This document shows positions 28,022-37,489 of a stretch of 48,132 nucleotides of DNA, one piece after another (position 1 is the first letter of the stretch; the number at the start of each line of letters is the position of its first letter). The position numbers and the translations under genes were made by a program. The stretch spans positions 1-48,132 of the forward strand of contig CAMICF010000001.1 of assembly GCA_946222495.1 (NCBI GenBank), written 5' to 3'. A model generated the notes under the pieces. It had not been told where the DNA came from. It saw only the letters and a list, made by a program, of their open reading frames with translations, and searched no databases. This DNA is from an uncultured Janibacter sp. (GTDB taxonomy: Bacteria > Actinomycetota > Actinomycetes > Actinomycetales > Dermatophilaceae).

Positions 28022-28029
28022 GTGGTGGG

Positions 28030-29223
28030 TCAGGACAGCGCGCTCTGCTGCTGCCACTCCGCGTAGGAGTACTGCCAGACGCCGATGCCCTCCTCGGGCT
28101 TGAACTCGCGGTCGGAGCCCGTGAAGTCCACCGGGTCACCCGGCAGGGAGTGGTCGTAGAACCACTGCGCATTGTCCGGGGCCATGTTGACGCATCCGTG
28201 CGAGACGTTGCTGCTCCCCTGGGCGCCGACGGACCACGGCGCCGAGTGGACGAACTCCCCGGTCCAGGTGACCCGGACGTTGTAGTCCGTCTCGACCTTG
28301 TAGTAGCCGGGCTCGCCCTTCTTGACGCCGATCGTCTCGGAGTCCATCGTCATCTCGCGTTCCTTGTTGATGACGACCTTCATCCCGGAGCGGGTCTCCG
28401 TGTCCTTGCCGGGCTTTCCGCTGCTCACGGCGTAGGTCTTGACCTTCTTGCCGCCACGCTCCACGGTCATCTCGTGGTCCGCGATGTCGACCGTCGACAC
28501 CTGCTCCCGGCCGATGGTCATCGAGCCGCTCGCGTCGTCCGCGATCCACTTGTCCTTGCCCGTCTGGAAGCCGCTGAGCGGCGCGTCGACCTCGACCTTC
28601 GTCCCGGGCTCCCAGAACCCCTTGGGACGCCACATGAGCTGTCGGTTGTCGAGCCAGCCCCAGGAGCCCTCCACCTTGGGGGTCGTCTTGACGGAGACGG
28701 CCTGCTCGATGGCCTTGCGGTACTTCTCGTCCGTGACCGGCGTGTCGAACTGGATGCTCACGGGCATCCCGACGCCGACCTTCTGGCCGTCGTAGACGAC
28801 GCCGTACGTGGCCTTCACCTCGGGATCGTGCGTCCTGAAGGTGCTCTTCTGGGTCGTGGTCCCACCCTCGGGTCCCTTGGCGGTCACCGCGACCGTGTAC
28901 GAGGCATCCGGCTTCATCCGGTCGGTGGAGTGCCAGCTCTGGCCGCTGGCCTTGCCGTCGAGCTCGTCCCCGTCCGGTCCGGTGACCGTGACGCCGGAGA
29001 GGTCACCTCGCATCACCTGGACGGTGACGCGATCGTCCGGCATGACATCCGCATTGCCCTGCGCCGGCGTCACCGTGACCTCCGCCTTCGGCTTGTCCTC
29101 GGTCGTCGAGGACGCGCCGGCACCGGAGTCCTCGTCCGAGGAGCCTCCGACACAGCCGGTCATGGCAACAGCGGTGACGACGGCCACGGCAACGGCCCGA
29201 CCACGGGCACTGACGATCTTCAC
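28030..29223 (-). CDS. L,D-transpeptidase lipoprotein (LdtMt2-like, Ig domains + YkuD)
   Basis: Lipobox MTGC, VGVGMPVSI, GEFVHSAPWS...SHGCVN. Confidence 0.93.
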   Translation of the reverse strand: MKIVSARGRAVAVAVVTAVAMTGCVGGSSDEDSGAGASSTTEDKPKAEVTVTPAQGNADVMPDDRVTVQVMRGDLSGVTVTGPDGDELDGKASGQSWHSTDRMKPDASYTVAVTAKGPEGGTTTQKSTFRTHDPEVKATYGVVYDGQKVGVGMPVSIQFDTPVTDEKYRKAIEQAVSVKTTPKVEGSWGWLDNRQLMWRPKGFWEPGTKVEVDAPLSGFQTGKDKWIADDASGSMTIGREQVSTVDIADHEMTVERGGKKVKTYAVSSGKPGKDTETRSGMKVVINKEREMTMDSETIGVKKGEPGYYKVETDYNVRVTWTGEFVHSAPWSVGAQGSSNVSHGCVNMAPDNAQWFYDHSLPGDPVDFTGSDREFKPEEGIGVWQYSYAEWQQQSALS

Positions 29224-29295
29224 GAGATGAACCCCCCACGGGAACGTATGGGATGCGCCGTGCCCTCTGTGGGCGCCGGCGCATCTGCTCCATCC

Positions 29296-29340
29296 AAAAA
29301 AGCCTGAGGGGCCAGGCGGTCACGCCGTGGCCCCTCAGGT
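29296..29340 (-). terminator. Intrinsic terminator of ctaCDF
   Basis: acctgaggggcca...tggcccctcaggc followed by TTTTTT on the minus strand. Confidence 0.85.
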
Positions 29341-29355
29341 GGAGTGTACGCCCGC

Positions 29356-29766
29356 TCAGTGAGCGTTCTCTCCGGTGTAATACTCAAAGACCCAGCCGCA
29401 CACGGCCCAGACACCCATGATCAGACCGAAGACCGCGACCCAGAGTCCGACGGCCGTCCCGAGGAAGATGATCGCCCCGGAGAGCGCCAGCCACAGGGGC
29501 CACCAGGAGTAGGGCGAGAAGGTCCCGTACGGGCCCTCCTGCTGGAAGATCTCGCCGTCCTCGTCGTCCTCGGGACGGGCGGGCAGCTTGCGGGCGACCG
29601 TCCAGAGGAAGAAGGAGATCATGAAGCCCAGGCCGGCGCTGAGGAGCAGCGCGACCCAGCCAACGGGCTCCTCCCATCCCGTGACGAGGCCGTAGGCGAT
29701 CCCGACGACGGCGAAGAAGATCCCGATGCCGGTGAAGAAGATGGTCTCGACCTTCAGCGTCTTCAT
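29356..29766 (-). CDS. ctaF: Cytochrome c oxidase subunit 4
   Basis: [25 protein letters not shown]. Confidence 0.9.
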   Translation of the reverse strand: MKTLKVETIFFTGIGIFFAVVGIAYGLVTGWEEPVGWVALLLSAGLGFMISFFLWTVARKLPARPEDDEDGEIFQQEGPYGTFSPYSWWPLWLALSGAIIFLGTAVGLWVAVFGLIMGVWAVCGWVFEYYTGENAH

Positions 29767-31499
29767 CGAGTGACCTCGTCCTTGGTCGTCGTGGTGGACT
29801 TCTGCTGGAACCTCGAGCGGATCGCGGCCGGCGCGTACTCGGGGTGGTTCATGTCGAACACCGGGCGCTCGGAGCGGATCGGCGGGATCGACGTGAAGTT
29901 GTGCCGCGGCGGCGGGCAGGACGTGCCCCACTCGAGGCTGCCGCCGTACCCCCACGGGTCGTCGACGGTGACCTTCGGCGCGCTCACCTGCGTCTTCCAC
30001 ACGTTGTAGAAGAAGGGCAGGAAGCTCACCGCCAGGATGAGCGAACCCACGGTCGAGATCTGGTTCGCCAACTGGAAGTTGTCCTCGGGCATGTAGTCCG
30101 CGTAGCGGCGCGGCATGCCCTCGACGCCCAGCCAGTGCTGGATGAGGAAGGTCATGTGGAAGCCGACGAAGAGCAGCCAGAAGTGGAGCTTGCCGAGGCC
30201 TTCGTTGAGCATCTTGCCCGTGAACTTGGGCCACCAGAAGTACATCCCCGCGAAGAACGAGAAGACGATGGTGCCGAAGAGCACGTAGTGGAAGTGGGCG
30301 ACGATGAAGTAGGTGTCGGTGATGTGGAAGTCCATCGCCGGGCTGGCCATGATCACGCCGGTGAGACCACCGAAGAGGAAGGTCACGAGGAAGCCGAGGC
30401 CCCAGACCAGCGGCGTGCTGAAGACGAGCTTGCCGCCCCACAGGGTGCCGATCCAGTTGAAGAACTTCACACCCGTCGGCACCGAGATCGCCATCGTCAT
30501 GATCGCGAAGAAGGGCAGGAAGACCTGTCCGGTGCCGTACATGTGGTGGGCCCAGACCGAGACGGACAGGGCCGCGATGGCGATCGTCGCGAAGACGAGG
30601 GTCTTGTAGCCGAAGATCGGCTTCCGCGAGAAGACCGGGAGGATCTCGGAGATCACGCCGAAGAAGGGCAGCGCCAGGATGTAGACCTCCGGGTGCCCGA
30701 AGAACCAGAAGAGGTGCTGCCACAGCAGCGCTCCCCCACTCTCCGGGTCGAAGATCTGCCCGCCGAAGCGTCGGTCCACACCGAGGCCGATGAGGGCGGC
30801 CGCGAGGACCGGGAAGGCCATGAGGATGAGGACCGAGGTGATGAGCACGGTCCAGGTGAAGACCGGCATCCGGAACATCGTCATGCCGGGCGCGCGCATG
30901 CAGATGATCGTCGTGATGAAGTTGACCGCACCGAGGATCGTTCCGAAACCGGAGAGTGCGAGACCCCAGACCCACAGGTCGCCGCCGACGCCGGGGCTGT
31001 ACGTCGCGTCGGAGAGCGGGGTGTAGGCGGTCCAGCCGAAGGCGGCCGCGCCACCGGGGGTGAGCAGGCCCGCGGCGGCGATGAGGGCGCCGAGGAAGTA
31101 GAGCCAGTAGGCGAACATGTTCAGCCGCGGGAAGGCGACGTCAGGCGCCCCGATCTGCAGGGGCATGAGGGCGTTGGCGAATCCCGCGAAGGATGGCGTC
31201 GCGAAGAGCAGCAGCATGATCGTGCCGTGCATGGTGAACATCTCGTTGAACTGCTCGGGGTTGTCCACCACCTGCAGCCCGGGAGCCCACAGCTCGAGAC
31301 GGATCACGAGGGCCATGAGCCCACCGATGAGGAACCACGCGAAGCTCGTCGCGAGGTAGAGGTTGCCGATGACCTTGTGGTCGGTCGTCGTGATGTAGCG
31401 GAAGAACTGCGAGCCCGCCTTCTCCCGTCGCGCGATGGTGCGCTCGGAAGGCTGACGCTCGGAGGTGTTCCGGGACAGTGCACCGGAGATGGTGGACAT
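29763..31499 (-). CDS. ctaD: Cytochrome c oxidase subunit I
   Basis: [36 protein letters not shown]. Confidence 0.97.
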   Translation of the reverse strand: MSTISGALSRNTSERQPSERTIARREKAGSQFFRYITTTDHKVIGNLYLATSFAWFLIGGLMALVIRLELWAPGLQVVDNPEQFNEMFTMHGTIMLLLFATPSFAGFANALMPLQIGAPDVAFPRLNMFAYWLYFLGALIAAAGLLTPGGAAAFGWTAYTPLSDATYSPGVGGDLWVWGLALSGFGTILGAVNFITTIICMRAPGMTMFRMPVFTWTVLITSVLILMAFPVLAAALIGLGVDRRFGGQIFDPESGGALLWQHLFWFFGHPEVYILALPFFGVISEILPVFSRKPIFGYKTLVFATIAIAALSVSVWAHHMYGTGQVFLPFFAIMTMAISVPTGVKFFNWIGTLWGGKLVFSTPLVWGLGFLVTFLFGGLTGVIMASPAMDFHITDTYFIVAHFHYVLFGTIVFSFFAGMYFWWPKFTGKMLNEGLGKLHFWLLFVGFHMTFLIQHWLGVEGMPRRYADYMPEDNFQLANQISTVGSLILAVSFLPFFYNVWKTQVSAPKVTVDDPWGYGGSLEWGTSCPPPRHNFTSIPPIRSERPVFDMNHPEYAPAAIRSRFQQKSTTTTKDEVTR

Positions 31500-32407
31500 C
31501 AGTTCTCCTCGTCCTGGGCTGCCCCGTCGCTGACGAGGTCCTTTTCGCCTTCGTTGATCTTCTCGCGGTTGAGGTCGTTCTCGAGGAGGCCCTTCTGGCC
31601 CTTCTTCTCGAGCTCGGCCATGTGCGCGTCGAACTCCTCGCGCTCCACGATCTTGACGTTGAAGAGCATCTGGCCGTGGTAGGCGCCGCAGAGCTCGGCG
31701 CACTTGCCCTGGAAGGTGCCGGTCTCGGTCGGCGTCACGTGGAAGGTGTTGACGATGCCGGGGTTGACGTCCATCTTCTCGAGGAAGGCCGGGACCCAGA
31801 AGGAGTGGATGACGTCACGCGAGGTCAGCTGGAACTCGACCCGCTCGTTGACCGGGAGGTACAGCGTGGGGAGGTTCTTCTCGTGGCCCTCCTTGCCGTC
31901 GAGGGGGGCCATCTGGCCGGCCTCGTGGACGTTCTCGTCGACGTAGTTGAAGTCCCAGCTCCACTGCTTGCCGACGACGTTGACCGTCGTGTCGGGCTTC
32001 GTCGAGGTGTCCTGCAGCTCGTGCTGCGCTTGCTGGTTGTAGTAGAAGAGCGCGCCGACCATGAGCATCGGGACGACCGTGTAGAGGATCTCCAGCGGCA
32101 CGTTGTACTGCAGCTGGACCGGCAGCGAACCGTCGTCGTCCTTGCGGCGGCGGTAGGCGACGATGCACCACAGGGTCAGGCCCCAGACGAGGATGCCGAC
32201 GGCGAGAGCGGCCACCCAGGACCAGATCCACAGGTCCTCGACGTAGCCGGACTGCTCGGTGACCCCCTCGGGCAGGTACCCGTTCTTGGGATCGGTGTTG
32301 ACACCGACCGCGCTGCAGGCCGAGACGGCCGAGATCGCGACGATGAGTCCGATGGCACCGATTCCCCGACGCGTACGTCGGGAGGTCGTGCTCGAAGACA
32401 CAGGCAA
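31499..32407 (-). CDS. ctaC: Cytochrome c oxidase subunit II
   Basis: [27 protein letters not shown] (CuA); start codon uncertain. Confidence 0.95.
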   Translation of the reverse strand: MPVSSSTTSRRTRRGIGAIGLIVAISAVSACSAVGVNTDPKNGYLPEGVTEQSGYVEDLWIWSWVAALAVGILVWGLTLWCIVAYRRRKDDDGSLPVQLQYNVPLEILYTVVPMLMVGALFYYNQQAQHELQDTSTKPDTTVNVVGKQWSWDFNYVDENVHEAGQMAPLDGKEGHEKNLPTLYLPVNERVEFQLTSRDVIHSFWVPAFLEKMDVNPGIVNTFHVTPTETGTFQGKCAELCGAYHGQMLFNVKIVEREEFDAHMAELEKKGQKGLLENDLNREKINEGEKDLVSDGAAQDEEN

Positions 32408-32503
32408 GGGGCACCTACTACTGGTCCGAAGTGTTCAGAAGACACCGCCACATTACCGCAGGGGCAGAGGCGATTCCGCGAAGGGTGGCACTAGCCTGCA
32501 CGC

Positions 32504-33697
32504 GTGGCGCCGCAGACAGATTCGACGACCGACCACCCCGCCGGAGACCCCCTTCCCGAGGGGCTCTCGGGGCTGCTCGACGCCACCCCGGGACCACCCC
32601 TCCCGGCGGCCCTGGCGACGTGGCGGGCGGCCCTGGCGATGGCCTGGTCGGACCCCACCGCGCGACACTCCGCGGGGCGCCGGAGCCGGGCCCTGCTGGA
32701 CCGCGCCCGGGCGGCCGTCGCCGAGGGCTTGGGAGTCCTCCCCGCAGAGGTGACCTTCCACGCCAGCGGCGACCAGGCCGCCCGGTCGGCGCTCGCCGGC
32801 CTGGCCCGTGGCCGTCGTCGCCGCACCGGCCCGCCGGTGACGAGTGCCGTGGAGCACTCCAGCCTCCTGCGGTGGCTGCGTGCGGGCGAGGCCTCCCCCA
32901 CCGAGGTCGCGGTGACCGCGACGGGCGCCGTGGACCTCGCCGCCTGGCGCGGGGCGATCACCGGGGAGACCCCCTTCGCCGTCCTGCAGTCCGCCAACCA
33001 GGAGGTCGGGACGCGCCAGCCGCTCGCCGCAGCGCGGGCCGTGGCAGCGGAGCACGGCGTCCCGCTGCTCGTCGACGCCCGCGCCGGGCTGGGCCGGGAC
33101 GACGTGCCGGCCGATGCCGACGTGCTCGTCGGCGAGGCGGCCCTGTGGGGCGGCCCACGCCTGGGGGTGCTCGTCGTCCGGACCGGTACGCGCCTCTCCC
33201 CGCACCACCCGCCGAGCCCACACGAAGGGGGCCTGGCCCTCGATCCCGTCGACGTCCCGACCGCCCTGGCCGCCGCCGAGGCCTGGCAGCAGGTCGAGGC
33301 CGTCCGGGCGGACGAGTCGCGCCGCGCCCACGCGCTCGTGGACCGGGTCCGGGCCGCGGCCCGCAGCATCGAGGACGTCGACGTCGTCGGCGACCCGGAC
33401 GACCGCGTGCCGCACATCTGCACCTTTTCGGTGCTCTACGTCGACGGGGAGACGATCGTCGACGAGCTGGCCCGGCGTGGTCTCGCCGTCGCCTCGGGCT
33501 CCGCCTGCACCGCGGACACCCTCGAGCCGAGCCACGTGCTCGCGGCCATGGGGGCGCTGACCCAGGGCAACGTCCGCCTGACCCTCCCCCTCGAGGCGGT
33601 CGCCCCGGACCGTGCCGCGGACGTCGAGCGCCTGTGCGCCGAGCTGCCCGAGGTCGTGGCGGCCTGCCGGAGCCGTCTCGGGGTGACGGGCCTGTGA
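32504..33697 (+). CDS. IscS/NifS-like class V aminotransferase-fold protein lacking the PLP lysine
   Basis: SAVEHSS, ANQEVGTRQP, VPLLVDA, ASGSAC...PSHVLAAMG. The SxHK motif reads EAAL(WGGP). Confidence 0.85.
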   Translation: MAPQTDSTTDHPAGDPLPEGLSGLLDATPGPPLPAALATWRAALAMAWSDPTARHSAGRRSRALLDRARAAVAEGLGVLPAEVTFHASGDQAARSALAGLARGRRRRTGPPVTSAVEHSSLLRWLRAGEASPTEVAVTATGAVDLAAWRGAITGETPFAVLQSANQEVGTRQPLAAARAVAAEHGVPLLVDARAGLGRDDVPADADVLVGEAALWGGPRLGVLVVRTGTRLSPHHPPSPHEGGLALDPVDVPTALAAAEAWQQVEAVRADESRRAHALVDRVRAAARSIEDVDVVGDPDDRVPHICTFSVLYVDGETIVDELARRGLAVASGSACTADTLEPSHVLAAMGALTQGNVRLTLPLEAVAPDRAADVERLCAELPEVVAACRSRLGVTGL

Positions 33698-33954
33698 CCG
33701 GCACGCACCCGGCCGACGTGGACTCGCGCGGGACGCTCTGCCCGCAGCCGATCATCGACATCGCCCGGACGGCCCGCGTCGCGCCCGACGGGACGAGGGT
33801 GCGCCTGCTCGCCGACGACCCGGGCGCCGACGCGGACGTGCCGGCATGGTGCCGGATGCGGGGGCACCACCTCGTCTCCCGGACCGAGCTGCCCGAGGGC
33901 GAAGGGGGCGGTGTCGCCTACGTGGTCGAGCTGAGGTCGAGCGCCGGCGCCTGA
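33694..33954 (+). CDS. tusA: TusA/SirA-family sulfurtransferase
   Basis: VDSRGTLCPQPII (CPxP), LADDPGADADVPAWCRMRGH. GTGA overlap with the iscS-like gene. Confidence 0.88.
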   Translation: MTGTHPADVDSRGTLCPQPIIDIARTARVAPDGTRVRLLADDPGADADVPAWCRMRGHHLVSRTELPEGEGGGVAYVVELRSSAGA

Positions 33955-34640
33955 AGCGCGGCGGGGAGCCGGGCGAGGTACTCGTGGCGGTGGATCTCCT
34001 CGATCCCGAGGGATCCCAGGTGCGGGGTGCACCACTGGACGTCGATGATCCGGCGCGGGTCGCCGTCCGCGCTCACGAGACGGTCGAGGTGCACGAGCGC
34101 GGCCTTGGAGGCATCGGTCGCGTGGTGGAACATCGACTCCCCCGCGAAGAGCCCACCGATCGCGACGCCGTAGAGGCCGCCGACGAGGTCGCCCGCCTCG
34201 TCGCGGACCTCGATGCTGTGGGCCCACCCGAGGGCGTGCAGCTCCGTGTACGCCGTGGCGATGTCATCAGTGATCCAGTGGCCCTCGCGGTCCGGGTCGC
34301 CGCACGCGGCGACCACCTCGGGGAAGGCCTCGTCGACGGTCACGGTGAAACGGCGCATCGACCGGCGGAGGGACCGCGAGACGTGCACCCGACCGGGGAC
34401 GAGGACCCCGCGCCACGTGGGGCACCACCACCCCATGGGGGCACTGCCCCCTTCGCCCAGGCCCATGGGAAAGACCCCGAGCCGGTAGGCGGTGAGCAGC
34501 GAGGCCGGGTCGAGCGACCCACCGATCCCGACGACCTCGCCGTCGTGACCGGACCCGACCGACTCGAGCCCGGCACGGAGGTAGCCCGCCCACAGGGCGG
34601 AGCCTCCGGCGGGCTCGATCGGCGGGAAGGGAGCGTTCAT
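33918..34640 (-). CDS. aat: Leucyl/phenylalanyl-tRNA--protein transferase
   Basis: LLTAYRLGVFPM, WWCP, GWAHSIEV, GGLYGV, FAGESMF, DASKAAL, DVQW.TPHL.SLG. Confidence 0.93.
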   Translation of the reverse strand: MNAPFPPIEPAGGSALWAGYLRAGLESVGSGHDGEVVGIGGSLDPASLLTAYRLGVFPMGLGEGGSAPMGWWCPTWRGVLVPGRVHVSRSLRRSMRRFTVTVDEAFPEVVAACGDPDREGHWITDDIATAYTELHALGWAHSIEVRDEAGDLVGGLYGVAIGGLFAGESMFHHATDASKAALVHLDRLVSADGDPRRIIDVQWCTPHLGSLGIEEIHRHEYLARLPAALQAPALDLSSTT

Positions 34641-34662
34641 CCCCGGCGGCAGCGTGTCCCGC

Positions 34663-35652
34663 TCAGGCGCGCGGGCAGCGGATGTGGTCGGCGATGAGGT
34701 CCGCGCTCTCCTGGCCGTAGGCCTCGGCGAGGCGCTCGAGGAAACGCGCCGTGCCCAGCTCGTACTCCTGCGTGCCGACGGTCTCGATGACATAGGTCGC
34801 GAGCATCGACCCGAGCTCCGCGGACTCGCGGAGGGGCAGGCCCTCGGAGACCCCGGTGAGGAAGCCGGCACGGAAGGCGTCGCCGACGCCCGTCGGGTCG
34901 GCCTTGGAGACCTCACGGGCCGCGCCCACGTGGATCGGCTCGTCGATGCCCTCGCCGGTGATCCGCACACCGTCCTTGCCGAGGGTCGTCACGCGGTACC
35001 TCACGCGGGAGTTGATCTCGTCCTGGGTCCAGCCGGTCTTCTGCGCGGTGAGGTGGGACTCGTAGTCGTTGGTGATGAGGTACTCCGCGCCGTCGATGAG
35101 GTCACGGATGAGCTCGCCGTCGCCGAAGGCGAGCTGCTGGCTCGGGTCGGCGACGAAGGGGATGCCCCGGGTGCGGCACTCGTGGGTGTGGCGGCGCATG
35201 GCCTCGGGGTCGTCGGGACCGACGAGGACGAGGTCGAGCGTGCCGACGCGGGCGGCGATGGGCTGCAGCTCGATCTCCCGGGCCTCGGTCATCGCCCCGG
35301 CGTAGAAGGTCGCGATCTGAGCCATGTCGTCGTCGGTCGTGCAGACGAAGCGGGCCGTGTGCTGGGTGTCCGACACCTTGACCGAGTCGCAGTCGACGCC
35401 GTGGCGCTCGAGCCAGCTGCGGTAGTCGTGGAAGTCCTCACCGACGGCACCGACGAGGACCGGCTTCTGCCCGAGGTTGGCCATCCCGAAGGAGATGTTC
35501 GCCGCGACTCCCCCGCGGCGGATCTCGAGCTTGTGGGCCAAGAAGCTCACGGAGATCTTGTCCAGCTGGTCGACGACGAGCGAGTCGGCGAAGCGGCCCG
35601 AGAAGGTCATCAGGTGGTCGGTGGCGATGGATCCGGCGATGGCGATAGGCAC
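34663..35652 (-). CDS. adoK: PfkB-family carbohydrate kinase (adenosine kinase-like)
   Basis: GSIATDHLM, RRGGVAANI, DPSQQL, DPTGVGDAFRAGF. Confidence 0.88.
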   Translation of the reverse strand: MPIAIAGSIATDHLMTFSGRFADSLVVDQLDKISVSFLAHKLEIRRGGVAANISFGMANLGQKPVLVGAVGEDFHDYRSWLERHGVDCDSVKVSDTQHTARFVCTTDDDMAQIATFYAGAMTEAREIELQPIAARVGTLDLVLVGPDDPEAMRRHTHECRTRGIPFVADPSQQLAFGDGELIRDLIDGAEYLITNDYESHLTAQKTGWTQDEINSRVRYRVTTLGKDGVRITGEGIDEPIHVGAAREVSKADPTGVGDAFRAGFLTGVSEGLPLRESAELGSMLATYVIETVGTQEYELGTARFLERLAEAYGQESADLIADHIRCPRA

Positions 35653-35718
35653 CGCTTCACCCTACAGACGCGCCCCGCTCGCAGCGGGCGACGGGCCGAC
35701 CGTGCCCGCCGGCCACGA

Positions 35719-35757
35719 CGAAGGGCCCTCTCACCGTGGTGGTGAGAGGGCCCTTCG
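35719..35757 (-). terminator. Hairpin downstream of erpA
   Basis: cgaagggccctctcacc-gtggt-ggtgagagggcccttcg. Confidence 0.8.
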
Positions 35758-35771
35758 GCTGCCGGGTCGGA

Positions 35772-36158
35772 TCAGCTGAAGCTGTCGCCGCAGGCGCAGG
35801 AGCTGCCGGCGTTGGGGTTGTCGATGGTGAAGCCCTGCTTCTCGATGGTGTCGGCGAAGTCGATCGTCGCGCCGGAGAGGTAGGGGGCGCTCATCCGGTC
35901 GACGACGACCTTGACGCCGTCGAAGTCGCGGACGAGGTCACCGTCGAGCGAACGCTCGTCGAAGTAGAGCTGGTAGATCAGGCCGGAGCAGCCGCCCGGC
36001 TGGACGCCGATGCGCAGACGAAGGTCGTCGCGACCCTCCTGCTCGAGGAGCGACTTGACCTTGCCGGCGGCAACGCCGGTGAGGACGACGCCGTGGCTGT
36101 CGGTCGCCGCCTCGGTGGCAGCGTCGGGGGTGGTGGCCTGGGTGTCCTGGACGCTCAT
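35772..36158 (-). CDS. erpA: A-type Fe-S carrier (HesB/IscA/ErpA)
   Basis: QPGGCSG, NPNAGSSCACGDSF. Confidence 0.92.
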   Translation of the reverse strand: MSVQDTQATTPDAATEAATDSHGVVLTGVAAGKVKSLLEQEGRDDLRLRIGVQPGGCSGLIYQLYFDERSLDGDLVRDFDGVKVVVDRMSAPYLSGATIDFADTIEKQGFTIDNPNAGSSCACGDSFS

Positions 36159-36273
36159 GCGATGTCCTCACGAGTCGGGTGCGTAGGTGGGTGACGGAGT
36201 CCGCCACATCCGGGTCAACACGACCGCTCCGCCGGTTGTTCCCGTGCACTCACCATACGCCTCCGCCCCGGGA

Positions 36274-37440
36274 TCACCGACGGGGAGACCAGGTCACGGC
36301 GACCCGCGCCGCCCGGTCGGCGAGCGTGCCGACGGGGTCCGCCATGGCCCGCTCGGCGCTCTCGTGCTTCTCGACGACGGCATAGGTGCCGCTCAGGCCG
36401 AGGGCCATCGCCTCACGACGACCGATGAGAACCTGCCCGGCGAGCGCCACGGCGGGGGTCGCGTGGGCGGCGGCGAGCTCGGCGATGCCGGCGACGACCT
36501 TGCCCTGCAGGCTCTGCCAGTCGAGGCGCCCCTCCCCCGTGATGACGACGTCCGCGGCGGCGACGAGCGTGTCGAGCCCGACCGCGTCGAGGACGGTCTC
36601 GACCCCGCTCGTCCGGCGGGCACCGAGGAGCAGGAGCCCGTAACCGACTCCCCCGGCCGCCCCGGCGCCGGGCTCCCGGTCCAGGCGGCGCTCACGGCCG
36701 GTGAGCAGGTCGCTCCCGGGCGGCAGGACGCGCCGAACCTGCTCGGCGAAGTGCCCCAGCGCCCCCTCGAGGAGCTGGGACTGCTCGGGGGTCGCCCCCT
36801 TCTGCTCGGAGAAGACGGCGCTCGCACCCTGCAGCCCGAGGAGCGGCGAGCCGACGTCCGTGGCGGCGACGAGCTCGACGCCCGCGAGGCGCTCACGGGT
36901 GGCGGCGAGCCCGGCCAGGTCACCCTCGCGGGTGGCGATGAGGCCGGCACCCCCGCCCCCGAGGACCTCGCGCGGCCCCGCACCGAGGGCGGCGAGCATG
37001 CCGGCGCCCCCGTCGTTGGTGCCGGACCCGCCGAGACCGACGACGATCCTCTGGACGTCCTGCTCCAGGGCCGCCGCGAGCAGCTGACCGAGCCCCCACG
37101 TGGTCGTCGTCCCGGGGTCGCGCTCGTTCGCGTCGAGGAGGTGCAGGCCGATCGCTTGGGCCGACTCCACCCAGGCGGTGCGCCGGCCCCCTTCGTCCGT
37201 GGTGATGTGCAGGGCCGCGGGCACGTCCCGACCGTGCGGCCCGGAGACGGTGACGATCGAGGACTCGCCGGGAAGGGAGGTGGTGAGCACGTCGATGAAC
37301 CCGGGCCCCCCGTCGCTGAGCGGGACGAGCGTGAGGAGGTCGTCGGGGGCCTTGCGGCGCCACCCGTCCGCGATCGCCTCTGCCGCCTGGGTCGCGGTGA
37401 GGGTGCCGGTGAAGCAGTCCGGGGCGATGAGCACGTGCAC
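36274..37440 (-). CDS. Glycerate kinase
   Basis: IAPDCFTGTL, PLSDGGPG, GLGGSGTNDGGAG, GAGAAGG, ITGEGRLDWQSLQGK. Confidence 0.92.
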   Translation of the reverse strand: MHVLIAPDCFTGTLTATQAAEAIADGWRRKAPDDLLTLVPLSDGGPGFIDVLTTSLPGESSIVTVSGPHGRDVPAALHITTDEGGRRTAWVESAQAIGLHLLDANERDPGTTTTWGLGQLLAAALEQDVQRIVVGLGGSGTNDGGAGMLAALGAGPREVLGGGGAGLIATREGDLAGLAATRERLAGVELVAATDVGSPLLGLQGASAVFSEQKGATPEQSQLLEGALGHFAEQVRRVLPPGSDLLTGRERRLDREPGAGAAGGVGYGLLLLGARRTSGVETVLDAVGLDTLVAAADVVITGEGRLDWQSLQGKVVAGIAELAAAHATPAVALAGQVLIGRREAMALGLSGTYAVVEKHESAERAMADPVGTLADRAARVAVTWSPRR

Positions 37441-37489
37441 GGACGGACTCTACCGAGCAACGCGGCGATGCTGTGGGAACATGCCTCAC

